From the NCBI RefSeq assembly GCF_001194135.2, contig NC_068983.1, forward strand, positions 72,861,039-72,925,038: a stretch of 64,000 bases of DNA, given 5' to 3'. Of the stretch, positions 53,401 through 62,189 are shown piece after piece. The notes beneath the pieces are model-generated. The model had not been told where the DNA came from and did no database searches. It saw only the letters and a program-made list of their open reading frames with translations. The translations under genes and the position numbers were made by a program. Source of the DNA: Octopus bimaculoides. Its lineage: Eukaryota. Positions within the stretch are counted from its first letter, which is position 1. The number at the start of each line of letters is the position of its first letter.

Positions 53401-56400
53401 TGAAAGGTCACTGATTTCACATTTAGCCAGCAAGCTGAATAAGATTCATTATTAGTGATGGAAGCAACATTAACTCAAATTAGCGATCTATGTATCATAC
53501 TTAAAGCATATATATTGTTGAAACCTTCTAAATTGCAGTATTCATCTCAAGAAACTATCTCTTACAGACATATAGTATTAAAAACACAAATATATCAGTA
53601 GCTGACAAAAATCATCCAGCATTGGAGGTGACATTGCTAAATCCAGATTTCAGCTTGTTTGAGCTTCAACATGTGTTATTGTTTAGCCATGGTTGAGCCC
53701 TTGGTCAACTCTGATTGAACAAACCTATGATCAAGGGCATTCTATATTTACACACTCTGTTTAAAGTAATTTATACATACATTTACTGTTCAGTCTTAAT
53801 ATGATCATCACTACATCACTAAAAAACAATAAGATCTCAATTCAGTTATTGAGATTACAGGCTCTGAAATTGACATGAGAAATTTTATTAAATGATGTAA
53901 TTTTCAGTGTTAGAATAATGAACAAACCTCAAGCAAATCTCACCTATAACATCAAATACAGATTCAAAACAAATGTTTTCAAAATAGACATGCATAATTC
54001 CAAACAATAACATGTGCTGTCATCATCATCATCATCACCATCATTATCATACAGCCACTTTCCATATTGGTGTTGTGATAAGGTTATGAGTCAGTTCTCA
54101 CTCAGAGTTTGTGCTCCCTAGATGGGTCAAAGGATCACATGTGCATGTTTCACTTTGGGCTTGATTTCTATAATTGGATGACCTTCCTATCACCAACCAC
54201 TTTTACAAAGTATATTGATTACATTTTATTGTAGTACTAACACAACAGAGAGTGTCATATCCGCGATAAGATTTAGAAGTCGTATCAACATAATTTCTTT
54301 TTTCTTTCCTTCAAAAGCCTGGAACTAGAGTATATTATGCTTTGTGTACTGAGATTTAACCCTTTCGTTACCAACCCGGCTGAAACCGGCTCTGGCTCTG
54401 AGTACAAATGTCTTATTTTCAAAAGTTCTGAATAAAAATCTTCCACCAGACCTTAGTCACAATTTATGTTCCTAACACTACCTTAATGATAACTAAGTTA
54501 TTTTACTAAATTCTTTGGTATATTTAAAGTAATTGAAAGAAACACAGAGCATCTCAAAATAAATACAGTAACGAAAGGGTTAATAAACCAGCTACCATTT
54601 GTTGGTATTGATATTGTCTGGTGGTGTTAGTGGCGTGACTGATATATTTTTGATAACTAGAAAAGGCACAATAAAACAAAACGCTTTGCATATTCCTATA
54701 GAGTTTTTGCATGGTACATGATTCTTATTGATACATCTGTTTTAGTATGTTTAGATAATACATACATGTTTTTAGTATGTTTAGATAATAGAACAGTCTT
54801 TTCTTTGTTTGTCTGCTCCTTGTAGAACCTTGCTATTTATATATGTGCCTTCCAAATCTTCTTATGCAATCCTTTCTGTCAGCTTCCATCTTTCTGTATT
54901 TCTGCTAATTCTCCCTTATTCAAGATAGAAAGCTTTGTTTTATTCTACTCTTTGTTGATGTTTCGTAAAAGAAATGCTTTACATGACAGAGTTGCCAATC
55001 ACACACACCTCAACCTGTAGAACCAAGTTTGTATGTAGCAGACTTTTACTCTACCAGGCCTACTGACAAATAGTAGGTGCCTTTCTTTGAACCTTTAATG
55101 GGAACTCCATATTTACAAAGGGAAAAATACAATGGTGTTTATATAGAAAGATCAAGGGTCATGTTAAGTTAGGTAAACAAATATTTCACTTGCTTATCAA
55201 AGTATTACATTATAGAAGTATGGCCCACAATTGTAAATTTCAGTAAAAAAAGGGGGTGCATATTTTAGCATAATTAAGGAGGGTGAAGCTGCACTTACAA
55301 TCATGAAAGTGTGGTTTTAATTCTCAGACCAGTTGTGTGTTGTGTTCTTGAGCAAGGCACATTGTTTCACGTTGCTCCACTCTACTCAGCTGTAAATGGG
55401 TAACCCTACAACAGATTAGCCTTCCGATCAGGACATTGTTGGTCTGCTTGCCTAGCCAGTAGGGTAGCATCATTCAAAAGCTAAAATGATGCAAAGTGCA
55501 TTGTGACCAGCAATGTTTAACATCTGATATTCTGGTCGATGCCGTAATAATTAAGGATATAATGCTTAAGAGAGAGAGAGTTAATAGATAACTGTACAAA
55601 GAGTTTGAGGTTTCAAAATGAAGCAATCGAAAAACGTATGCCCTTTGAATATGAGAACATTCATATTACATAATTAAAACCAATCCAAATATCCTAAGTT
55701 GTGGTAATTTTCGGTGTTTAAGAAAATATGAGAGTAGCTGCTGATTTCACTGGAAGGGTACCAGCCACTAGCACTACGTTGAATCTGTAACAGAGACTAT
55801 TAATTCACATTGCCTCAACATAATATTGTAGACATTGTTATATAACTAAAGACTTTCACGAGTTTATCCTACTAATCTGAAATCTTTGCAAGGGTAACAT
55901 CTGTATTAAACTGGTGTCTTCTTTCGCAAAGTTTGAGGTAATTCTCACTTTTCTTGAAGCATAACAATGCTCTGACACCATTTGGTGATTCAATGAGGGA
56001 ACCTATATTTGATCACTCAACCTGCTAGAAATAACAGCTCAGTATCCCATAAATAACATATTACCATCTTAAGGAAAGAACGGATGCATTTGATAATGTA
56101 GTTCTAAACACATTAATCTTGAAAAACAAATAGGAAATAGTTATTGCTGGAATGTTCTTGATCATAATTCTGATCAACCAGAGCTAATTAATAACAACTA
56201 TATAATTATGGCAGTGGGTAAAAGAAAAGCAAAAAATACATATTGTAGATAAGTACAGAACTGCAACATATTGTAACATTTCTAGTATAACATATTACTT
56301 GGTGATGTCACATACCGTGTGACACTCCACTATTTTGTCTTTTGCTTCAACAATTACTACAGAATTTGTTAAAGAGTGTTGTATTCAAATTTTTGGATAC

Positions 56401-59400
56401 TATTGTGAAACCATGGTACAATGATAACTAGAATCATAATATCATAAACGAAGTGTGCTGAAAAGTTCCTGACTTTAAGGGTATAGCGAAAGGTCTGGTT
56501 GGTGGCTCAACCTTCCAAGTTCTTTTACAGGGCTTAGAAAAACTGAAGGACTGCTGCAATAAGTGTGTGAATCTGAGAAGGAAATATGTTGGATAAAATC
56601 ATAATTAACTGATCTTCCTGTATTTTCTTTTACCCAAAGCAAGGAACCTTTTAGCACCCCCTCGTGTATGTGTATATATGTGTGTGTGTGCAGCACTATT
56701 CGTGTGGAATATATGTATATATATGCATACACACACACATATATACTTTCTTATCTAATTTCAGCCTCAACTGAAATCCATCAAAGGCCTAACAAATCTG
56801 AACGTAATAAGACTAATGGTCATTCAGAATATCCAAACAATATTGCTGTAGTCAATTCACAGCAGAGTTCTGTAAGTACTAGTCCTGTTGGCTCTCCAGC
56901 AAATGACCTCAAAGAAGACAAAATTTTATTAGCTAAAAAACTTCTGCACCCTGTAAGCCCGCAGCTGTCATCTAAATGCATGATAGAAGAACTTGGAGAA
57001 TCTGATAAGTTGAAAGAACTCGAGATAGAAAGGGCAGACTTTACTTCAACTAAACCTAACTTTGTCAACCCTACTTGTTTGTCTGAGTGGGGCTCGTGCA
57101 ATGCAGACCTGACGACCAAGAATTCACATGAACGATCAAATGGATTGAGAGAATCTGCCAGTGAGTCTGGTTATTCTGTTAGCAGTCCCATTTCTCCAAG
57201 GTCTCCTTCAATTGTAAATGGTTATGATCAGAATGAAAATCAATCAGTGGATTATGGTTACCAACATCTAGAAGATAAATTACAATTTCAGGTAAGCTGT
57301 TTTCAGAGCTTCAATGTTACTTTGAGAAAATTTTATCATTTGACATTGTAGACATGTTATTTCTGACATCAGTTTTCTAAATGTTCAATGAGTATAAAAA
57401 TTTTACTTCTTGCATTAGTTGTTGAAAACTTGTTTTAATAATTTTTGAGTGTAAGGTAGTGAGCTTGCAGAATCGTTAGCGTGCCAGGTAAAATGCTTAG
57501 CAACATTTCGTCCATCTTTCTTCATCATCATCATTTAACGTCTGCTTTCCATGCTAGCATGGGTTGGACGATTTGACTGAGGACTGGTGAACCAGATGGC
57601 TGCACCAGGCTCCAATCTGATCTGGCAGAGTTTCTACAACTGGATGCCCTTCCTAACGCCAACCGCTCCGAGAGTGTAGTGGGTGCTTTTATGTGCCACT
57701 GGCACAAGGGCCAGTCAAGCGGTACTGGCAACGGCCACGCTCAAAATGGTGTATTTTATGTGCCACCTGCACNNNNNNNNNNNNNNNNNNNNNNNNNNNN
57801 NNNNNNNNNNNNNNNNNNNNNNNNNNNNNNNNNNNNNNNNNNNNNNNNNNNNNNNNNNNNNNNNNNNNNNNNNNNNNNNNNNNNNNNNNNNNNNNNNNNN
57901 NNNNNNNNNNNNNNNNNNNNNNNNNNNNNNNNNNNNNNNNNNNNNNNNNNNNNNNNNNNNNNNNNNNNNNNNNNNNNNNNNNNNNNNNNNNNNNNNNNNN
58001 NNNNNNNNNNNNNNNNNNNNNNNNNNNNNNNNNNNNNNNNNNNNNNNNNNNNNNNNNNNNNNNNNNNNNNNNNNNNNNNNNNNNNNNNNNNNNNNNCGCA
58101 AGCGGAGTTTAGTGTCCAATGAAGGAAGATATGCATAAGTGGGCTGGCTACACCCCTGGCAGAGGCTTTGGATTTAGGTCTCACTTGGCTTGCCGGGTCT
58201 TCTCACGCACAGCATATTTCCAAAGGTCTTGGTCAAAAGTCATCGCCTTGGTGAGGCCCAATGTTCGAAGGTCATGCCTCACCACCTCATCCCAGGTCTT
58301 CCTGGGCCTACCTCTTCCACAGGTTCCCTCAACTGCTAGGGTGCTTTATGTTCTGAATTTGAATTCCACTGGGGTCAACTTCGCCTTTCATCCTTTTGGA
58401 GCTTGATAAAAGGAATACCAGTTGAACATTGGGATTGATATAATCAACTTAGCCCCTCCCACAAAATTACTGGCCTTGTGCCAAAATTTGAGACCTATAA
58501 TTTCTGTGTGTTATGTAATTATTTTTAACACTGTCATAAATCCATAAAATTTAGAGGCAGTTTCAGTCATTTAAAATGATTCCAATATTTGACTGGTACT
58601 TATTTTATTGACATGTAAATGATGAAAGATAAAATCAGATTCAGCAGAATTGGAACCTAGAAGCTAAAGTTATGCAACTAAATACTGTTTCTGTCACTCA
58701 TCACCCTTGCTTTTACCATTCATGTATGATATGGCAGTGTTTCTTTCTTACAGAACAATACTCCTTAAAATCATTTTGTCTTACCCATCTGATCTAAAGA
58801 CAGACTGAAAATAGCTGTAACATGTTACATCACTTGGTCCACAATCTGTTTTAAGTTGCCAACCACCTTAAATAAATTCCAGTTATTGCCATATAAGAAT
58901 AGCAAAATGGATACTTTCTTACCTATCATTTTGTATTCTCATAACCATTTTATGAGGGAGAGTTTGTTTTGTTACTGGACCTATGTATTTGATAAAATAA
59001 TTTCATGCTATAAAGTAATTCAATCATCTTTTCTTTTACTTTTTTTTTACCATTTTCAATGTTTTAACAGCAATTTTCCCATACTAGTATGGTTTGGGAT
59101 GGGTCTGCATATAGTGTAGTATCACTTGTTTAAATTTTTTTCCATATCTTCTGTGGGGCCTAGCATCTTTATGATCTCATCAGTTCTTCCCGTGTCTTAC
59201 TTGATGTTTAAAGAATACCCTCCACCAACATTAATTTGTATCATATATATTAACACTACAGGCATTTCTCCAGTTCACATCAGCTGATGACATTAATGTC
59301 CAGTTCTGTCAGTTCATTCTTGTTCTACCTATCAACCATTTGTTGTTAAAGTGACTGAAGAGAAAGGAATAACAGGTTTTGCTAAAATAGCACAACAAAA

Positions 59401-61373
59401 CCCCATGGAATCCAGGGTCTTAAATATAAAAACATTATAGTCAGCACTGGTGATGATGCCATGTAAAAAGCACCCAATACTTTCTATAAAATAGTTGACA
59501 TTTGGAAGGGTATCCAGCTATAGAAACCAAGCCAAAAGAGATTATGGAACCTGGTGCTACCCCTGGTCTTGCCTTGAAAAGCAGACATTAAATGATGACG
59601 ACGATGATTTGTTTTTTTGCATGAAGAAATCAGTAAATTCTCAATAATGTGGCGCACCTGAGCACTGAATACAATAAGCTTTTCATCCTTTCGCGGTTGA
59701 TAGAATAAGTACCAACTGAGCACTGGGATTAATATAATCAACTCACTCCCTCTCCCAAAATTGCTGGCATTGTACCAAAATTTGAAACCACTATTATCAT
59801 TGTTATTAAGGTAGTGCACTTGTCATTAGAATGTCGTAAAAAAAACTTTGTTATTTGTGCCAGTTCTTTAATTCTGACTTCAAACTCTGTTGAGGTTAAT
59901 TTGGTTTTCATCCTTTCAGGATCAATAAAATAAAGTACTATTCACATGCAAAGGTTGATATAATCAACTTACTCTCTAAAATTGCTGGCCTTGTGCCAAA
60001 ATTAGAACGGATTGTTATTGTTATTATTATTCAGTCAATGAACTGACAGAATCTTTAAGCATGCTGGGCAAAATGTTTGGCAGTATTTCTTCTGGATTTA
60101 TGTTATAAGTTCAAATACTACTATATCAGCAACCAGCTTGTGCTCATTTGCAGCTGAGTGAAACAAGCCACATGAAATGAAATGTTTTACTCATAGACAC
60201 AAGTCCAGGAAGTGAACCCATGATCTTACAATTATGAATTGAACATCCTAACCATTAGGCCATATACCTTCACAACTGTTAACTGTAAATACAAACAGCT
60301 CTAACTGCAACCAAGACATGTAATAACTGACAACTGTTTTGATAGATTGCTGCACTGAGTTCAGATCAGCCCATGAGTAAAACTAGAATAGCTTAGGCTG
60401 ATGAAAGAAACTCTGCATGATCACTTAATCTGGTTGAAGTAACAGTCACATTTCCACATCCTGCTATCTTTAAAAAATAAATAGTAGATAATGTAATCCA
60501 AGATCGACTATTCCTAGAAAGAAAATAGGATTGTTAGGTTAGCACCTATGACAATTTTAAAGGCTTTTGAGATTGGTGGAGGAATGTAGATGTTACCCTC
60601 ACAATGGGGACCTGATTTGAATCCTTGTGCCCAAGAACCAGATAGTTTAACATTAGCTGTTAAACCACCTGGTCCTTGAGTACAGGGATTCAAGCAAGGT
60701 TTCTGATTAAGTTTACCACCTAGGATAATCAAGGTACCATAGATTTACATGACAGTAGCTTACTTTGGGCTAAGATCAATAACCATTTCATATGCTGAGG
60801 AAGAAAGGAGAGAAAGAGTGGTTAAAATCTTTCAACTATTTGATTTTATGGAAACTGGGATAAGCTCAACACATCATGATAATATATTAGTAGTGGTTCA
60901 AAACAGGATTTTTTTTTCAAATAATCATTTACATATTTACTATTAAATATAGGATAGTCTATCATTATTATCATCTTCATTTAACATCCATTTTCTATGC
61001 TAGCATGGGTTGGATGGTTTAACAGGAGATGGCAAGATGGAGAGCTACACCAGGCTCCAATTGTCTGTTTTGACATGGTTTCTAGTCGGTTATCCTTCCT
61101 AACACCAACCACTTTACAGAGTGTACTGGGTGCTTTATACATGGCACCAGCATAAAAAAAAAAAGAGTTTCTGATATTCAGACCTATTTCCATTCATCTT
61201 AACTTCAATTTTCCTTATTTTTTACAATCAAATGGAGTGAATTAAACTTGTAACAAGCTATTTCCTCAACTGTTTTACATGAAAATGTTTTTAAAATAAC
61301 TGATTTTTTTCTTCAATATTTTACAGAATAACCAAATTGCTGAACTGGAGAAGAAAATCGAGGAACTAAAGAG
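4009..61373 (+). CDS. WDCP: WDCP-like gene (WD repeat and coiled-coil containing protein, C2orf44 orthologue); 13 coding exons in window, 3' end outside
   Basis: Spliced exons give [59 protein letters not shown] and RPKGVCSL. These match, in order, human WDCP motifs as I recall them (HPIHGLAWTDG, PQGCVWHP, GRIHCACWTQDGLRLVVAVGS, TELPLDKIC, GILVPDLIAF, RPKGICFL). All 12 junctions are GT-AG and in frame (1796 nt). Confidence 0.9.
4168..4285 (+). CDS. WDCP: WDCP exon 2 ([20 protein letters not shown]...KIKEF)
   Basis: ttttcag acceptor, GTAAGT donor; hallmark HPxHGLxWTDG motif. Confidence 0.92.
4472..4861 (+). mobile_element. tRNA-derived SINE family A, full length
   Basis: A-box TGGCCCAGTAGTTAGGGC, B-box-like GGTTTTGATTCCC, (caa)n tail, 9-bp TSD acactgtga (4463-4471 / 4862-4870). 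Confidence 0.9.
4979..5275 (-). mobile_element. RTE 3' end
   Basis: (cat)n tail plus UTR and ORF terminus on minus strand. Confidence 0.8.
5283..7790. repeat. (CT)n, long degenerate (CA)n and (TA)n microsatellites around two large assembly gaps
   Basis: Direct reading; N runs at about 5329-6130 and 6895-7777. Confidence 0.95.
8415..8595 (+). repeat. Dispersed repeat family K (tttagccccaggtca...ctgatc...gacctatgatcaaag...gagggagatttggctgctatttctagc)
   Basis: Related copies near 3190, 17440, 28240, 45935, 48195, 53680 (+) and 46470, 55990, 60360 (-); class unknown, probably a SINE. Confidence 0.7.
8600..8873 (+). mobile_element. RTE 3' UTR and tail, young copy
   Basis: ...cccatgctagcatggaaagcggacgttaaac(gat)n. 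Confidence 0.9.
9106..10110 (-). mobile_element. 5'-truncated RTE LINE with ORF C-terminus and expanded UTR
   Basis: ORF 9842..10150(-): [12 protein letters not shown]...[22 protein letters not shown]...[13 protein letters not shown]. Confidence 0.92.
11633..12031 (+). mobile_element. tRNA-derived SINE family B, full length
   Basis: Head ggcgcaggagtggctgtgtggtaag...gggttcagtccc, CORE-like ttgggcaagtg, internal TA/TG microsatellite, 3' module ending gactgaaacaagtaa. Confidence 0.9.
13114..13270 (+). mobile_element. SINE B 5' half (similar heads at about 8965, 11140, 23800, 31150)
   Basis: Head similarity ending at the microsatellite. Confidence 0.7.
13330..13660 (-). mobile_element. Older RTE C-terminal fragment
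   Basis: Minus-strand [11 protein letters not shown]...RRLYWYG...[13 protein letters not shown], with stops. Confidence 0.75.
13668..13910. mobile_element. Partial hAT-like MITE
   Basis: Ends ggttgagaaaccctg like the 2902 element; a similar end lies at about 14457. Confidence 0.5.
14985..15050. repeat. (TA)n microsatellite just upstream of the exon 3 acceptor
   Basis: Direct reading. Confidence 0.95.
15106..15266 (+). CDS. WDCP: WDCP exon 3 (FVNCVQWSS...ICIWKV...ALPQG)
   Basis: tttag acceptor, GTAAG donor, phase 2 to 1; WD-like strands. Confidence 0.9.
15862..16172 (-). mobile_element. SINE B, diverged
   Basis: Reverse complement of the B head and 3' module. Confidence 0.75.
16395..16780 (+). 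mobile_element. SINE B, diverged
   Basis: Head, (TG)n and 3' module. Confidence 0.8.
16990..17190 (-). mobile_element. SINE D, diverged
   Basis: tttgaactcagaac...attctgccagct. Confidence 0.6.
17770..18122 (+). mobile_element. SINE B, 5'-truncated
   Basis: caagtgtcttct...(TA)n...gattgaaacaaataaaa. Confidence 0.8.
19461..20094 (+). mobile_element. Three head-to-tail SINE D copies separated by (TAT)n
   Basis: Units at about 19461, 19655 and 19870, each with gagctggcagaat...tctgagttcaaa...ccaaaattt. Confidence 0.85.
21215..21430 (-). mobile_element. SINE D, diverged
   Basis: gatttgaactcgtagc...tctgccagttcaccacctt. Confidence 0.65.
23130..23320 (+). mobile_element. Decayed RTE-type RT fragment
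   Basis: [22 protein letters not shown]...[12 protein letters not shown] resembles the RTE LEVVDxFxYLG motif. Confidence 0.55.
24680..24810. mobile_element. Mariner-like relic, internally deleted
   Basis: tacaaggggtgctgaaaagttcc...ggaatttttcagcac inverted ends; same family as the 56448 element. Confidence 0.65.
25190..25400. mobile_element. TTAA MITE family E, diverged
   Basis: Body matches the 54360 and 47937 elements; ends gaaaggattaa. Other partial copies at about 3767, 15749 and 51864. Confidence 0.65.
27021..27245 (-). mobile_element. RTE 3' end running into a gap
   Basis: (cat)n gtttaacgtccgctttccatgctagcatggg. Confidence 0.9.
27939..28053 (+). CDS. WDCP: WDCP exon 4 ([17 protein letters not shown]...PPLE)
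   Basis: Completes PQG|CLWNP; phase 1 to 2; GTAAAT donor. Confidence 0.92.
28487..28559 (+). CDS. WDCP: WDCP exon 5 ([24 protein letters not shown])
   Basis: taacag acceptor, GTAAGT donor; strong motif match. Confidence 0.92.
29355..29720 (+). mobile_element. SINE B, diverged
   Basis: Head plus 3' module. Confidence 0.75.
30455..30745 (+). mobile_element. SINE B, 5'-truncated
   Basis: ttgggcaagtgccttctac...cctgaaaccagcaaaag. Confidence 0.8.
30976..31043 (+). CDS. WDCP: WDCP exon 6 ([22 protein letters not shown])
   Basis: ttttcag acceptor, GTAAGT donor; phase 0 to 2. Confidence 0.85.
31480..32080 (-). mobile_element. 5'-truncated RTE LINE
   Basis: Tail, UTR subrepeats and ORF end (gaagaggtagacccaggaagacc...). 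Confidence 0.9.
32081..32490 (-). mobile_element. CR1/L2-like LINE APE endonuclease fragment
   Basis: ORF 32037..32480(-): CIALVETHL...[17 protein letters not shown]...ICNTYGPP. Confidence 0.8.
32698..32865 (+). mobile_element. SINE B 5' half
   Basis: Head similarity. Confidence 0.8.
32868..33273 (-). mobile_element. SINE B, full length, young
   Basis: Near-identical reverse complement of the 11633, 39114 and 41236 copies. Confidence 0.9.
34990..35150 (+). pseudogene. Frameshifted N-terminal Cys-rich DNA transposase fragment (possibly CMC/Chapaev-like)
   Basis: [18 protein letters not shown]...[frameshift]...[14 protein letters not shown] matches the CYICG...GDQDKxWAP motif I recall from invertebrate DNA transposases; superfamily uncertain. 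Confidence 0.7.
35866..36190 (-). mobile_element. RTE 3' end, young
   Basis: (cat)n tail and UTR subrepeats. Confidence 0.9.
36494..36606 (+). CDS. WDCP: WDCP exon 7 ([28 protein letters not shown]...VVP)
   Basis: ttctag acceptor, GTAAGT donor; phase 2 to 1; motif match. Confidence 0.9.
38378..38760 (+). mobile_element. SINE B, diverged
   Basis: Head, (TG)n and 3' module. Confidence 0.8.
38840..39090 (-). mobile_element. SINE sharing the family A 3' module but with a CORE-like middle
   Basis: Reverse complement: tRNA-like head, ttgagcaagacact, then gtgtcatgctgaat...ctgtggagtgctcagcgacttg. Confidence 0.7.
39114..39487 (+). mobile_element. SINE B, full length, young
   Basis: As for the 11633 copy. 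Confidence 0.9.
39895..40200 (-). mobile_element. SINE B, diverged or deleted
   Basis: Reverse complement of the B modules. Confidence 0.75.
41236..41673 (+). mobile_element. SINE B, full length, young
   Basis: As for the 11633 copy. Confidence 0.9.
43233..43330 (+). CDS. WDCP: WDCP exon 8 ([32 protein letters not shown])
   Basis: Long pyrimidine tract plus cag, GTAAAC donor. Supplies the needed phase 1 to 0 change; poorly conserved linker. Confidence 0.72.
43446..43905 (+). mobile_element. Two head-to-tail SINE D copies
   Basis: Units at about 43446 and 43695, separated by (TAT)n(TAC)n. Confidence 0.85.
44665..44787 (+). CDS. WDCP: WDCP exon 9 ([15 protein letters not shown]...[11 protein letters not shown])
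   Basis: ttgcag acceptor, GTTTGT donor; 41 codons; motif match. Confidence 0.9.
46769..46867 (+). CDS. WDCP: WDCP exon 10 ([21 protein letters not shown]...LANV)
   Basis: poly-T cag acceptor, GTAGGT donor; 33 codons; VLIIGSN resembles VVAVASN. Confidence 0.82.
47195..47490 (+). mobile_element. SINE D plus a partial second head
   Basis: gagctggtagaac...tttcaggccttgtgcctatagtag(att)n...ttggcagaatc. Confidence 0.7.
47705..47894 (+). CDS. WDCP: WDCP exon 11 ([14 protein letters not shown]...MLIMLGK...KYELWL...NAQ)
   Basis: ttgtag acceptor, GTAAGT donor; RPKG motif. Confidence 0.92.
47937..48143. mobile_element. piggyBac-type MITE family E
   Basis: TTAA-cccttt...aaaggg-TTAA; reverse orientation relative to the 54360 copy. 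Confidence 0.8.
48985..49255 (-). mobile_element. SINE B, deleted
   Basis: Reverse complement of the B modules. Confidence 0.75.
49362..50181. mobile_element. 820-bp non-autonomous fold-back DNA transposon (GG...CC ends, 8-bp TSD; Merlin- or MULE-like)
   Basis: TSD gctgcctc at 49354-49361 and 50182-50189; 26-bp TIR with 1 mismatch; imperfect inverted arms of about 200 bp. Confidence 0.88.
49707..49775 (+). repeat. Telomere-like degenerate (CCCTAA)n inside the fold-back element
   Basis: taaccctaaccccaaccctaaccctaactctaaaacctgaaccctaa. Confidence 0.85.
50414..50600. repeat. 31-bp minisatellite (C-run + cacttcttgtgctatcacttgtct)
   Basis: Four visible units, two on each side of a 49-N gap. Confidence 0.92.
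51130..51295. mobile_element. TTAA MITE family F, 3' part
   Basis: Ends tttaaatgttaaagggttaa; matches the 61460-61810 element. Confidence 0.75.
51598..51827 (+). mobile_element. SINE D, young, with an alternative 3' end
   Basis: CpG-intact head and core; flanked by a 24-bp near-perfect direct repeat (51562-51585 / 51828-51851). Confidence 0.9.
54360..54579. mobile_element. piggyBac-type MITE family E, young
   Basis: TTAA TSD on both sides; perfect 12-bp TIR CCCTTTCGTTAC / GTAACGAAAGGG. Confidence 0.92.
56448..56665 (+). mobile_element. Mariner-like non-autonomous relic
   Basis: Inverted ends (gtgctgaaaagttcct / aggaaccttttagcac); internal [21 protein letters not shown] resembles a mariner transposase C-terminus. 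Confidence 0.8.
56765..57291 (+). CDS. WDCP: WDCP exon 12, Ser/Pro-rich low-complexity region
   Basis: Within ORF 56668..57351; tttcag acceptor, GTAAGC donor; phase 1 to 0; 175 open codons. Confidence 0.85.
57454..58495 (+). mobile_element. SINE D (57454-57520 and 58343-58495) split by an antisense RTE insertion (about 57522-58342)
   Basis: The SINE reads through ...cgtccatcttt|ctttatgttctg... once the RTE is removed. Confidence 0.85.
59680..60115 (+). mobile_element. Cluster of 2-3 head-to-tail SINE D copies
   Basis: ttcatcctttc...ccaaaatt repeated with (TAT)n spacers. Confidence 0.75.
60965..61155 (-). mobile_element. Older RTE-type tail (similar at about 10660, 12116, 18400, 40286, 42498, 54020; + strand at about 59440)
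   Basis: catcatttaacatcc...atgctagcatggg...ccttcctaa. Confidence 0.75.
61327..61373 (+). CDS. WDCP: WDCP exon 13 ([15 protein letters not shown]), start of coiled coil
   Basis: ttacag acceptor, heptad pattern at the expected position; donor GTTAAA is weak. Confidence 0.75.
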
Positions 61374-61459
61374 GTTAAATATTTATTTTCTATTTAATTT
61401 ATATAATCTTACTCTTGTGATAAATTTATTTAGTTAAATTTATACTTGTTTCTCTTTAA

Positions 61460-61810
61460 CATTTAAATGATTGTCAAATGTAATGTTTATTTATTTACAT
61501 TACTTTGAATTAATCATACATTATCTCGTAGTTTTGAGATTTTCATAATGTGATTGTTTATTTTTAACATGGCATTGTAGGGTTCGTGTGAGAGGCCAAA
61601 TCTAGCCAGTTTGAACATAAAACAGGTAGAATATTTCGATCTGATATGTCTGGTTTAGCCCTTTAGTATTAAGATTACTCAGTTAAATGTAATGCTTAAT
61701 TACATTGTTTATTTTTAGAATACCATTTTAGGGTAGGTATGTGAGATAGGATCTGAAACAGAATGCTTGCAGCTGGGTATAGTCAGTTTCAATAGTTAAA
61801 TGCTAAAGGG
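61460..61810. mobile_element. TTAA MITE family F, two nested or tandem copies
   Basis: TTAA at 61456 and 61811; a second ccctttag start at 61659. Confidence 0.75.
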
Positions 61811-62151
61811 TTAAGCCAGTTTTGTGCGTCAAACTTATCACTACATATTTTAAAATTTTGGTTCTAATTTCTCTCTGAATGAACATACATCATTATTTAA
61901 CATCACTTTTCATGCTAGCATCTGAAATTAATGTATACTTTAAGTAAGCAGTATTCATGAAAGAGAGTGTTAGCTGCAGTATTTATCAGTAAGCCCATCA
62001 CTTAAAAAAAAATTTTAAATACATAATATATAACAGAAAACAGAACTGTATTTTTGTAATTGATAGGTATAGTTGAGTATGTGTGTAACAGAGTGTTTCA
62101 ATGAATATAAACTTCCAAATTCAGTGTGTTTTGTAATGCATAATGATACTG

Positions 62152-62189
<38 letters not shown>

